A stretch of 58,752 bases of DNA from Octopus sinensis (taxonomy: Eukaryota): assembly GCF_006345805.1 (NCBI RefSeq), contig NW_021833861.1, forward strand, positions 1-58,752, in the 5' to 3' direction. The notes under the pieces were generated by a model. The model ran no database searches. It worked only from the letters and a program-made list of their open reading frames with translations, and was not told the origin of the DNA. The position numbers were made by a program, and so were the translations under genes. Shown one piece after another: positions 39,663 through 51,892 of this stretch (the stretch's first letter is position 1; each line of letters begins with the position of its first letter).

Positions 39663-39942
39663 TGCATATATACATATAAAAACACATATATGTATGTATA
39701 TATGTATATGCATATCAATCAATCGCCATATGTGTGTGTATCTGTGTGTGTGTATTGAAGAATAAAATTCTTGGAGGACATACTGTGGAAAGTAGAAATT
39801 CTATACGTACAGGTTTAACAAAGCAATCACCGATTTCGGTTAGATTGTTGCTACCTCTCTATATTATAATAAAAGAGGGAAAAAATGGAAAAAAATATAA
39901 ATTCGTTAAATCTTTCAAAATATCAGTTCTCTAAATTCACAA

Positions 39943-39998
<56 letters not shown>

Positions 39999-40025
39999 CC
40001 TGCATACATGCATAAATGTAACACA

Positions 40026-40086
<61 letters not shown>

Positions 40087-40624
40087 ATTATATATATGTA
40101 TTTACATATGTGAGTGCCTGCGTGTGTGCATGTGTGTGTGTATACACACACGTATGATTTCCTGTACGCATATATAGAGTTAGTGGTAGCTCTTTGCGTA
40201 GACATATACTTACATATATCGGTATGTTAGTGTATTTATCGTATGTAAATAACTATATCATTAATGACGACGATATTTGTCACAATGCTTTATGTGAATA
40301 TTTGAAGTGCAAGTCGTTTAGTTAGAAGTAATACTCAAAAGTGACATTTCCTGCTCTAAGAATATTTCCAGCTGGAATTTTGTATGATAATATATCAAAT
40401 TTTCATACTGTTATTCATCTCCTTGTTTCCGACATCAAACCATTCAGAGATTCTTTCAATTATTTTCCCTGGGATTCATAATCAGCAGCTTTACTAATGT
40501 CAGCATTTGGACATACATTTGAATTCATATATATATATATAATATATAAGCATATATAAGTCAGTAAATGGTGGGATTATTTTAACCGCACGTGGAGAAA
40601 TGATAGAAGAAAAAATAATAAGGC

Positions 40625-40881
40625 AGAATGCTAAATTGAAAGTAAATTTTAATAAAAATGGGTGTATGAAAAATTAAAAAAGATATCAAAACAGCTTTCA
40701 TTGCAAGGCAAATTTTCAAGATTTGGAAGGGCAATTTTTTTTTGAATTAAGGAAGGGGAAAAAAGAAATTTACAAAAAAAATTTCCCCTTCCAAATCTTG
40801 AAAATTTGCCTTGCCATGAAAGCTAGTTTGATTTCTTTTTTAAATTTTTATACACCAATTTTACTTTCAATTTAGCATTCT
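40625..40881. repeat. Imperfect foldback element (~257 bp)
   Basis: Perfect 22-bp pair (AGAATGCTAAATTGAAAGTAAA) and perfect 29-bp pair (40703-40731 / 40786-40814). Confidence 0.92.
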
Positions 40882-40886
40882 CCTAC

Positions 40887-40931
<45 letters not shown>

Positions 40932-40932
<1 letters not shown>

Positions 40933-41330
40933 GAAGAAAATCAAAACAAGTATGAAACAAGAACGTAAAAGGCGACAACAAAACACTCCGCAGTTGATAC
41001 GGCAAAGGACAGGAAAAATACAAGGACGGTACGTTCGGAGCTTTCAGTCTTCAGTTGAGAAGCAGATCGCCTTTGCAGTTTCGGCTGGTTAATCTTGAGA
41101 CTGCTCTAATCTGGCCGGCCCCAAGAAAATCTAAGCTATGAGCACTAGATTCTTTGGAAGAAAGTAAACGAAGGTATACAAAATAAAGGACGAAAACTAA
41201 AAAGAAAAAAACGGAGAAGTTTTACACAAATACAAACCACAAGACCTTAACGACGGGTGTCTTTCACCTAAGGACGAATTAAATTAAGCTTGCGTGTGTG
41301 GAAGTGAAGCCTTACGGTAGGAACTTGGAA
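40932..41330 (-). mobile_element. PLE-terminus-like element between TA tracts, with a degenerate hammerhead-like core (41030-41054)
   Basis: Sense strand reads CTGAAGA-CTGAAAGCTC-CGAACGT, about 100 nt from (TA)n. Confidence 0.4.
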
Positions 41331-41349
41331 GATGAAGTCATGGGAAGAA

Positions 41350-41406
<57 letters not shown>

Positions 41407-41549
41407 ATATGCATGCATGTATGTATTTATGTATGTCTACATACGCTTACTTGCATATATTGGAGCAGGTGGTCTAATTTTCATATTTTCGAAACTTTAT
41501 GTATTATGGGGAGATAAGTCAACAATTTACTCCATGATTGCAGCTCCAG

Positions 41550-41676
41550 TCCCATATGCTCACGGGCTCAGTCCCACTGCGTGGCACTTTGGGAAAGTGT
41601 CTGCTACTATAAGACAGTACGAGTACCAAAGCCTTGTAAGTGGATTTGGTAGGCGGAAACTGCAAGAAGACCGTCG

Positions 41677-41707
<31 letters not shown>

Positions 41708-41709
41708 GT

Positions 41710-41792
<83 letters not shown>

Positions 41793-42014
41793 TATATAAT
41801 TGTGTGTGAGTGTGTGTTTGTCTCCCAGCATCGCTTAACAACCGATGTTGGTGTGTTTACGTCCCCGTCACTTAGCGGTTCGGCAAAAGAGTGACCGAAA
41901 AAATATGTGCTAGGCTTACAAACAATAAGTCCTGGGATCGATTTGTTCGACTAAACACAGTACTCCAGCATGGCCACAGTCAAATTACTGAAACAAATAA
42001 AGGAATAAAAGAAT
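41550..42014 (+). mobile_element. SINE family 1, diverged head
   Basis: GGGCTCAGTCCCACTGCGTGGCAC..., internal TA repeat, standard tail. Confidence 0.9.
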
Positions 42015-43537
42015 AACTGGTCTACAAAAATTGTGACATCAATGTGTATTTTCATTGGAAGCATTTATTTGACACGAGCGATTGTGAACTCTCATTATAA
42101 TGCTATGAGGAAACAAAACGAATCCACTAGGTTAGGAAATGCGAAAAGAAAAGAACAGAAATGAAAAAGAAATGGACAAAAATGGGAAAAAAGTGTATCA
42201 ATTTCAAACAATAAATATTCAACATCATATTTTGAGAATGCAGTGAGTCAGAAATTATATTTTCATCAGTTATCAACACAACAAGGAGCGTGTATTCTTG
42301 TGAACATCTAAACGACTTTCACATACAACTCATACTTGAATTGTTAGGTGAGATGGGCTTTCCGGAAGCATAACGTATTCATTTTAAGCATTCGCCAACC
42401 ATATATATGATGACGTTAAAAAGCATAATTGTTCAATGAAGTCTGTCATCTCTCCGACTATATTGGTGTAGTAATAAAAAAACTTATGTCAGCCATATTA
42501 AATACAATATAGCCTAACAAGTAATTGCTGATGCTATTTCTGAGCGTAACTATTTCCGTGTGTTATAAATGATATTGTTTCTTTTAAATTCTGATATAGC
42601 CATGTGTTTGTCCTGCCCTAGATATCCATACATGCAGGGAGACAGCACGAAGCAGTGATGTGTATAACTACAATCTCGTTACTTGTTCGAATATACACGT
42701 TTGAATTGGTAACAATGTTGTATATACACCCATCTCTACTTAGTGCTGTCGTCCCGTATAGCGAACCGCTGAATAGCACAACCAGAAATTAAACGATGAC
42801 GAGAATATCATAAGAGGGACCTGTCTCATGTGTCTGTTCACAATGCGTCCCTTTCCAGTCTCTGTGGATGAAAAGGACATAACCACTCCAAAATGCATGA
42901 ATCCTACACACAGGTTACGTAGTACCGTGAGATGACTCGAAGTACTTTCATCTATTTTCAACGAAACATTTTCTCCGTTCGAAAATACATTGAATGTTTG
43001 CCTTACGGGTTCGAATATACCTCAAGCATATCAGAACTCGTAAAGAGTTTGTATTGATACATGCGTAATCACGATCCTTATGTAGGATTTTTTTCTGTCT
43101 CTTAAACCGTATAAGGCCCGTTATCTGTTTTCCGTGGCGTATAAGTGATCGAAAACACAACATTCCCTCTAAATGGGACGCTGATGCGTTTCAGATGTTC
43201 ATGAGCAGCAATGTTCGAGGGAAGCGAACAATTCAATTGCACTGACAACGAAGTTATAAAGGGCAAATTTCAACTCTGCGGGACGAGATGACATTAAGAT
43301 TCAGAAGAAATACCGCTACGAGTATTGCAGTGCATGTTAACGATTCTGCAAGCCCATCGTCTTTGTACAAGATCTCTCTTTCTCTCTCTCTCTCTCCTCT
43401 CTCTCGCTCCTCTCTCTCTCTCTCCTCTCTCCTCTCTCTCTATATATATGTGTATATATATATATATACATACATTATGTATATATATGTACATATATAT
43501 ATATACTCTATATATATAATACATATATATATATGTG

Positions 43538-43575
<38 letters not shown>

Positions 43576-43604
43576 GTATATATATTATTATATATATATA
43601 TATA

Positions 43605-43760
43605 GGGAGAATTCACTAAAGAAACAAAAGACGAAGACTGGTGGTGTACACAAAAGACAGATGTATTAGTGAAAATGTCTTTAACGTTTCGAGCCTACGC
43701 TCTTCCACAGAAAGGAACACAGAAAGAAACAAGTAAAGAAAATAAAGATGATAGTGTACA
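43605..43760 (-). mobile_element. PLE-terminus-like element with a hammerhead-like motif (43678-43714)
   Basis: CTTT-CTGTGGA-A-GAGC-GTAG-GCTC-GAAACGTT-AAAG; 3' end abuts (TA)n. Homologous to 57700-57872. Confidence 0.6.
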
Positions 43761-44664
43761 AACAATTTATGTATTTATGCACGAAAGAGGTGACCTTTAA
43801 CAGGACACCTTACATGCTAGAAAGGGCAGTTAAAACCTACTCCACGAATAAGAGAAATTTCAAAGGGAATGAAAAAACAATTTTCTAGTTACTCTCAGAC
43901 TCGAGTTTCTGTATCAATGGGCAAATTAAATTAATTTGGCATTCGTCCTTCTTCAGTGAGGGCGCTAAAATTAATGCATATTTATGCAGCAAATAGCACC
44001 GAAAATATACTTGCTACATTCTTATACATTATAATTTTCAAATCCAACGCGCAAGCGGAAGAACTAGTTTAATGAAAGAACTAGTAAGATGAGGGCATAC
44101 ATGTTTAGCTGAATAATATCCATACAATAAGCAAAGTGAGGAAATAGTACTATGAAAACCAAAATATGTACTGATTAGTGACAGATTCACTGGCAGTCGC
44201 TTCGATGGTATTCATGGCACTTGAATATAAATCTGTACAGTTACATCACTTCCTTCAATTCTAGAGTGGTATATCATGACAGTTACCACTTGAACTTTCA
44301 AACAATCATTAAATAGTGCAAAAGAGCTGAATTATTTTCTTGTTAGAGAGAAGGATGCGTATTGTCTGGAATGGTGAATATTGTTATTTTATGAATAACG
44401 GATTGATAGAAAATATCACCGTAGAATGTTACACCTGGAATCTAAAACACTTTCGAATATATTCACCGTACGTTATCTAAAACGAGGCTTGATATTGTAC
44501 AAAACTGATTTCATCAGCGTTTTGTATGTGTATTTCTTATAAGGCAAAGTAGACTTTGATTAATAGTTGTCTGGGTGAAGGATCTAGTATGATCCCTTTG
44601 CATTCCATATACTGTCCATAGAAAGTAATGCCTTAATATCAATTTGTGCTTGCGTGTATGTATA

Positions 44665-44702
<38 letters not shown>

Positions 44703-44802
44703 TGTTTCTGCGTGTGTGTACGTGTGTGTGTGCGTGGATGCAGGAATGTAATCATGTTTATGGTGACACCGAGAAAATTATTTACATTTCTCTAGAAAAA
44801 TA

Positions 44803-45470
44803 TATTCTTTCCTACACTTGGCACAAGGCCCGAAATTTTTTGGGGAGGGGACCAGTCGATTAGATCGATCCCAGTACGTAACTGGTACTTAATTTAACGA
44901 CCCCGAAAGGATGAAAAGCAAAGTCGACCTCTGCGGAATTTGAACTCAGAAATTAAAGAGAGACGAAATAACGTTTCTTATTTCTTTACTGCCCACAGGG
45001 GGCTACATACAGAGGGGACAAACAAGGATAGACAAATGGATTAAGTCGATTAGATCTACCCCAGTGCGTAACTGGTACTTAATTTAATGACCCCGACCCC
45101 GAAAGTATGAAAGACAAAGTCGACATCAGCAGAATTTGAACTCAGAACATAAAGACAGACGAAATACGTATCTTATTTCTTTACTGCCCACAAGGGGCTA
45201 CATAGAGAGGGTACAAACAAGGATAGACAAATGGATTAACTCTATTATATCGACCCCAGTTTGCAACGTAATTTAACAACCCCGAAAGTATGAAAGACAA
45301 AGTCGACCTCGGCAGAATTTGAACTCAGAACATAAAGACAGATGAAATAACGTTTCTTATTTCTTTACTGCCCGCAAGGGGCTACATACAGAGGGGGCAA
45401 ACAAGGATAGACAAATGGATGAAGTCGATTATAGACAGACGAAATAACGTTTCTGCCATCTCGCCGCCTT
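44803..45470 (-). mobile_element. Head-to-tail tandem array of SINE family 2 units
   Basis: Junctions fall near 44972, 45168 and 45352. Each unit repeats CTGAGTTCAAATTC..GTCGACTTTG..TTTCAT..TTTCGGGGT..AAATTAAGTACCAG. The A-box head is present only at 45450-45470. Confidence 0.92.
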
Positions 45471-46536
45471 AGCAAAGCATACCATAAAGGCATATAAGGT
45501 TTTTCCTGCAGTTTAAAAACACTTAAACTAAATTCGACCAGTTGCTAAAGAATTTCGAATGACCGCTGTGTATGTCGCTGCTTATGTTTATTCCTAGGTC
45601 AAACGTTTCTAACCAAACTTGTACAATGAAAGATCGCATCCTAGTCCTTTCATCTCCCTTTCCAATATATTATATCTACACTATATAATCCAATATGACT
45701 GTCTATATGTTTATAACAGGTATGATGTGATGGACGGATGATAGTGATTTCTAGAAGGATTTGTTACAAGAATTGGTGTTCATTTGTTAGTCTTGCTTAA
45801 ATCTGCTTTGTTTGTTACTTGGTGTTTCCACGGTTGGTCACTTGACTTTCAATAAAAAGGTTGAATTTACAAACAAATGGTTGGTTGTTAGATCATTGTC
45901 AACACATGATCCGTTAATGTTCGTGATCTCAAGTGGAAATTTTCCTTTGATCTCTCATCAGCGAGTAAAGCCCTCATCATAGTGAGAATGATTAACTCCG
46001 GCGTTTGAACATTAGTTTCGATTAAATGAACATTGAAGGAATAAAGCTGAATGTTGAGTCCGTCTCCCTCATTAGATTGGAACAATCTCCCGTTTTCTTT
46101 AACTGACCGTTATATAAATACAATTACGATCAAAGAGTAACAACATTAAACTTTAACATAATGCTCTCTGACAAAAATAACAAAAATGAATCAGATTTCG
46201 TTACTATAATGATGGCTTTATAAAGTCTTGTTATATTTTTTATTTCCTCTATACTAACCAAAGAGGAGGTTAGAAATTGCGTCACGTAAAAGTATGTACC
46301 ACAAGAGCTTTCAAATATAAACGGATATACACAACCGGAAATTTACAACCCGCTGAAGTATGTGAATATGAGTGCGTGTAAAAGGCGCAAATGGAGTAAT
46401 GTCATTACGTTGCTTGGCAAATCCATGGTTTCCTTTACAAAGTAAACTGACGAAATACATATATGCATGCGCACTTGTATAAATATATATGTATATATGT
46501 GCACACACACACACCACACACACACACACATATATA

Positions 46537-46571
<35 letters not shown>

Positions 46572-46859
46572 CACGTGTATATATATACGTTTACGAATTT
46601 GCTTTGCATGATTGGACTAAACAGAAAAAGAGGCGAAACGCGGGATGGAAAGTCGGTATAGTGTTCACAGGATATGTGACGTAAGATTCCCAGACGAAGG
46701 ACAATAAAATAAGAACAAAAATATAATAAATCTGAAGTGAAGAACGAATATATATTGCGTGAAGTCTCCGTATATTAGCAGTTCGGTGAAAGTTTGTAGT
46801 TTTGCGAGTGGTTACTTATTTTTAAATCATCGATAGGTCTTTGTCCGTGAAATTGCTCC

Positions 46860-46995
46860 ATGTCCTCACCCGTGCTAGTGCCACATAAAAATTGCCCACT
46901 AGACTCTGCAAAGTGACTGGCATTAGAAAAGACAGCCACCCGTAAAAACAGGCGAAAGCAGATATTATAGGTTGGTGTAGTCCTCTAGCTCACAA
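46860..46995 (+). mobile_element. RTE-type LINE/SINE 3' tail fragment
   Basis: GTGCCACATAAAAATTGCCCACTAGACTCTGCAAAGTGACTGGCATTAG; a reverse-strand homologue lies near 58170-58250. Confidence 0.5.
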
Positions 46996-47183
46996 ACCTG
47001 CGTATATATATTATGTATGTATGTATGTATGTATGTATGTATGTATGTATGTATGTTGTCTGTATGTATGTATGTAGTATGTATGTATATATATATATAT
47101 TATATATAATATGTATATATATAAAATATATATATATATATATTATATATTTATATAATGTATATATATATATATTATATATC

Positions 47184-47215
<32 letters not shown>

Positions 47216-47242
47216 ATATATATTATATATATATATGTAAAA

Positions 47243-47463
47243 GGTATTTTAAATAAGCTTAAAGCTTATGGCGATCACCGTGCAACGACTAAGGAGAAGA
47301 GTTTAATAAAGGAGCATATAAAGCCCTCGAAAGAAAAAATGAAGGCTTTCCAACCCGCGTGGGAAAGCCTTCTTTTTTCTGTCGGGAGCTTATATGCCCC
47401 TTTATATGCTCCTTGGTCGTTGCACGGTGATCGCCATAAGATTTCAGCTTATTTAAAAATACC
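47243..47463. repeat. Imperfect foldback element (~220 bp)
   Basis: Perfect 25-bp pair (47265-47289 / 47416-47440) and an inner GAAGGCTTTCC/GGAAAGCCTTC stem. Confidence 0.93.
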
Positions 47464-47526
47464 ATTATTATTATTTACAGGATTGTAAATCACGGCGCCG
47501 TATAAAAAAGCAATTTATACTAAAAG

Positions 47527-47581
<55 letters not shown>

Positions 47582-47850
47582 CTTTGTGTATTGTAGAATG
47601 GATCGTGAGTAAGGCCTAAATCATGCAAAGTAAATGCAAGGCAAACCTTAGGAAAACAAATATATGAATTAATGTAGACTTACCTTGCATTCAATATTTT
47701 GGGGTTTTGACAATATTTTCAAAATATCAACGAATGATGCCGATAGTCCTGTGCGTACGCAAGTCGGCAACATTCGGTAATTTCTTGAAAATGCAACTCT
47801 CTATTCTTCCTATTAACCTTTCGTTTTTTCTCCCCTCCTTTTTCTTATTA

Positions 47851-48345
47851 TTTTACCTCCTCTTCTCCCACTAATCTATCCTTGTACTCTATCGTTTTAC
47901 TCTTTATATTTCTCTACCTTTCTCTTATTCTTTTACCTCCTCTTCTCCCACTAATCTATCCTTGTACTCTATCGTTTTACTCTTTATATTTCTCTACCTT
48001 TCTCTTATTCTTTTACCTCCTCTTCTCCCACTAATCTATCCTTGTACTCTATCGTTTTACTCTTTATATTTCTCTACCTTTCTCTTATTCTTTTATCTCC
48101 TCTTCTCCCACTAATCTATCCTTGTACTCTATGGTTTTACTCTTTAATATTTCTCTATCTATTTCTCTACTTTCTCTTATATCTTTTACCTCCTCCTCTT
48201 CTCCCACTAATCTATCCTTGTACTCTATCGTTTTACTCTTTATATTTCTCTACCTTTCTCTTATTCTTTTACCGCCTCTTCTCCCACTATTCTATCCTTT
48301 TACTCTTTCGTTTTCTCTCTTCCTTTCTCTTATTCTTTTACCTCC
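47851..48345 (+). repeat. 80-bp pyrimidine-rich minisatellite (~6 units)
   Basis: Unit starts at 47851, 47931, 48011 and 48091, then more diverged units. Confidence 0.95.
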
Positions 48346-48539
48346 CCTTCTCCCTCTCTTTTTTCTCTCTTATCCTCTCTCGGTATCTTTTCCTCTCAAC
48401 TTCACAGTTCTCTCTTTATCTTTCTCTTTCCCCCACTCTACCTCCTTTGCTCACGTGATTCCTACGTGACCATCGAGCATTTTTCGTTCTTCTTCTAACT
48501 TGTGATTCATTGTTTCTTGCTGTTGCAGCTGCACAAGGA

Positions 48540-48900
48540 AGACGTATTCTTGTCTGTCTCCTGTCCAATCTCGTTTAGGCTTAGCACTGTCTTGTTTTTG
48601 TCACCAATTTTAACCCTCCGCAAAATCCCAAATTTTATTTAATTTGCTCTGCGGGAGAAACTGCTTTATCGAATGCGTATCTTGTCATGAATTGCTCGAA
48701 GTACGGATTAGAAAAATAGCCGACAACTAATGAAGGGTCATTCGCTGTGTTGCTTGTCTTGTTTTCCATTTGTTCCTTTCGTCGTTCGCAAAAAATTCAT
48801 ATTCCATGTCCTCTTACTTCGTATTTTGGGTTGTTTACTTTTTGTGATGTCCTGTGCCCACTTATGCATGTACGTATACATTATGAATGTACGTATACTT
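48540..48900 (+). mobile_element. Second copy of the 25060-25340 element family
   Basis: Shared CTCCGCAAAATCCCAA..AATTTGCT.TGCGGGAG..GCTCGAAGTACG..CAACTAATGAAGGGTC. Confidence 0.8.
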
Positions 48901-49278
48901 GCCTGTATATATATGTTTGTATATATGCATATATATTATATATATATATATATATTATTTATATAATATACATGTATAAGTATGTATATGTGTGTGTATT
49001 TATATTTAAAACTTCACCTTATGTACTTTCTAAAATCTCTGACGAAACCTAGAGAAACACCCAAGCACCTCAATTTCATCTACTAATTACTTCAGTCTAA
49101 TGGAGGGATAAAGGTAGAATGAGGTATTGTTGTCTCTTGGCTGAACAGCTGTAAGATATTTTCCCAAATTATATTCCTGTATGTTATATAATTCAATAAT
49201 TACTGGTATCTTTACATATTATATATGTGAAGCATTATATGTTATACATGTATATATATTGTTGTAATTGACATTTCA

Positions 49279-50418
49279 GTCTTTGTGTAGCTCGTCCTGT
49301 AATTGTTTTTCGTTTTTCTGTTTTTCGTTTTTCGTTTTCTTGTTTTTTGTTTTTTGTTTTTTTCCGTTTCTACGTCTTATTGTGATGTCCTGTACTCCCG
49401 TATAATTATTTATATATGCATGTATATATACATGTAGATGTAGGTACGTACATATATGTTTGTATGTATGCATATATTTTTATTTATCACCTTATTGTCT
49501 GACAGCGCCCCGCATCAGGTTCGTTCCGATTCGTCGTTTCGGTCCACTTCTTGGTTCTTTTTTTTATATTATAATATTTAAGATGCGGAACTCTCTCCCT
49601 TTGCTTTAACCTCTTCAATCTCTCTCCCTCCCACTCCTCCTCTCTCTTCGCCGCGTTTCCCCCTCCCCCTTCCTTCTTCTTTGCCTATAAAACAAAATTC
49701 CTTTACACGTGGTTCTTACTATTGAAAAGACTGCCTCCACGCGCTGATACAATACTTTTCGTCTTCGCCAGCAAAAGGCCTTTTCGTTCGTCCCCCTGTG
49801 TGGTTGATTTCCTGTATCGTATTCTTTTTATTTCTCGTTTGTAACTAATTGTATTTTTTGTACATGTATTTTTATTTTTGCAGTTTTATTGTTTGTCTAT
49901 GCCAAAAAAAGGCTTTTTCGTTCGTCCTCTTGTGTGTTTGTTTTTGTACTAGTATTTTAATTTTGCAGTTTTATTGTTACGTCTTGTTTATGTTCGTACT
50001 CATTTTGCCCCGCTGCTTGGAATTTTATTTTAATTCTCTCGCAGGAAGGCCTAGGGATTAGTGTTCTGTCTATGCCTTCGAAACATGCCTGACTCCACTA
50101 GCGACAGCTGATGACGGGGGTTTTGTCTTTGTGTAGCTCGTCCTGTAATTGTTTTTCGTTTTTCTGTTTTTCGTTTTTCGTTCTTGTTTTTTGTTTTTTG
50201 GTTTTTTTCCGTTTCTACCTCTTATTGTGATGTCCTGTACTCCCGTATAATTATTTATATATGCATGTATATATACATGTAGATGTAGCTACGTACATAT
50301 ATGTTTGTATGTATGCATATATTTTTATTTATCACCTTACTGTCTGACAGCGCCCCGCATCAAGTTCGTTCCGATTCGTCGTTTCGGTCCACTTCTTGGT
50401 TCCTTTTTTTATATTATA
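49279..50418 (+). mobile_element. LTR/pseudo-LTR-like unit: two ~295-bp direct repeats around a ~550-bp non-coding core
   Basis: 49279-49573 and 50125-50418 are near-identical by eye. Confidence 0.8.
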
Positions 50419-50466
50419 TATATATATATTACACACATATGTACACCACACACATAGACAGACATA

Positions 50467-50510
<44 letters not shown>

Positions 50511-51235
50511 ATAATATATATATATATACACCTCACATATACATATGTACATATGCTCACGTCCACAAAACACTTACACATATACCTCTACGTACAGAAG
50601 CGCATGCATATATGTTCCGTTATATGCCACTGTGTTTGAGTGCAGATTCTCATGTTCCTTTAATTTTACGCACTTAAGATCTTTTCTATTACAAAACATC
50701 ATAATTTTCTTCAGCCATATCCTATGACTACAGCGTTCATTAATCTCTCTGCTTCAGCTTAGATCCAAATTATTCGCTGTCTTTGATTTATCTTGAGTTC
50801 TCATCAACTATGCATTTGCATATATTTATCATACAATCTCCCAACCATACTTATGTTTTATTGAGTCTTACTCTTGCATTCTCTGTATAATGTAATCATT
50901 TCTATCTTCAATGTAGATTTTATAACACATCCGCCTTTTCATCTGCTAATATCTATATATTCATATATGTTCGCAGAATAGAGTGTGAAACATATTTCTA
51001 TGTATTTTTATAAATTCCTATGTACTGTGTGCCGCTGTTTTTGTTTTTCGTCCGATACATATGTCAATTCATCGATGTTTTCGCAACACATTATCAACAT
51101 TGAAAAACGTATTGTGTCTGACATTTTAATTCATCTTAACGTACTGAAAGATAAGTATGATAAAATACTAACATAAACCTAACATATTAAAAAAACCTAC
51201 TTCTCTAAATTTATATCTCCATATTCACTGTAGAT

Positions 51236-51389
51236 ACTCTTTTACTTGTTTCAGTCATTTGACTGCGATCATGCTGAGCCCCGCCTTTAATCGAGCAAAT
51301 CGACCCCAGGACTTATTTGTTGTAAGCCTAGTACTTATTCTATCGGTCTCTTTTGCCAAACCGCCAGGTTACGGGGACAAACACAAACA

Positions 51390-51446
<57 letters not shown>

Positions 51447-51624
51447 GCATATACATATATACAACGGGTTTCTTTCAGTTTCCATCTACGAGATCCACTC
51501 ACAAGGCTCTGGTCGGCCCGAGGTTACAGTAGAGGACACTTGCCCAAGGTGCCACGCAGTGGGACTGAAACCCAAACCATGTGGTTGGTAAGCAAGCTAC
51601 TTACCACACAGCCACTCCTGTGCC
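51236..51624 (-). mobile_element. SINE family 1, full length
   Basis: Head, core and tail as in 34856-35267. Confidence 0.93.
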
Positions 51625-51852
51625 TATAACAGGTAAAGGATATGTTAATAAACAATACAAATTAGATATTTCAGTTCTAAACGCAATTAATTAATCAACG
51701 ATATATGTTGACAATTACATCTCTATTTGAAAGATTTCAATATTATTTATCTGTTACATGTCTTAGTCATTAGACTAGGGCCATGCTGGGGCACCACCTT
51801 GAATAATTTTAGCTGAGCGAATCAACTATAGCACTAATTTTTAAACTTCTCT

Positions 51853-51854
<2 letters not shown>

Positions 51855-51892
<38 letters not shown>

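Noticed and set aside
42250-43370. Complex unique-looking sequence with short ORFs
   Set aside because: No motif or long frame recognised; it needs a BLASTX/HMM search to classify.
45750-46100. Faint GIY-YIG-like words (QTKQI*ARLTNEHQ) on the minus strand
   Set aside because: Too degenerate to support a call.
49039-49058. CTGACGA...GAAAC hammerhead-like words
   Set aside because: No stem II or stem III/NUH can be formed.
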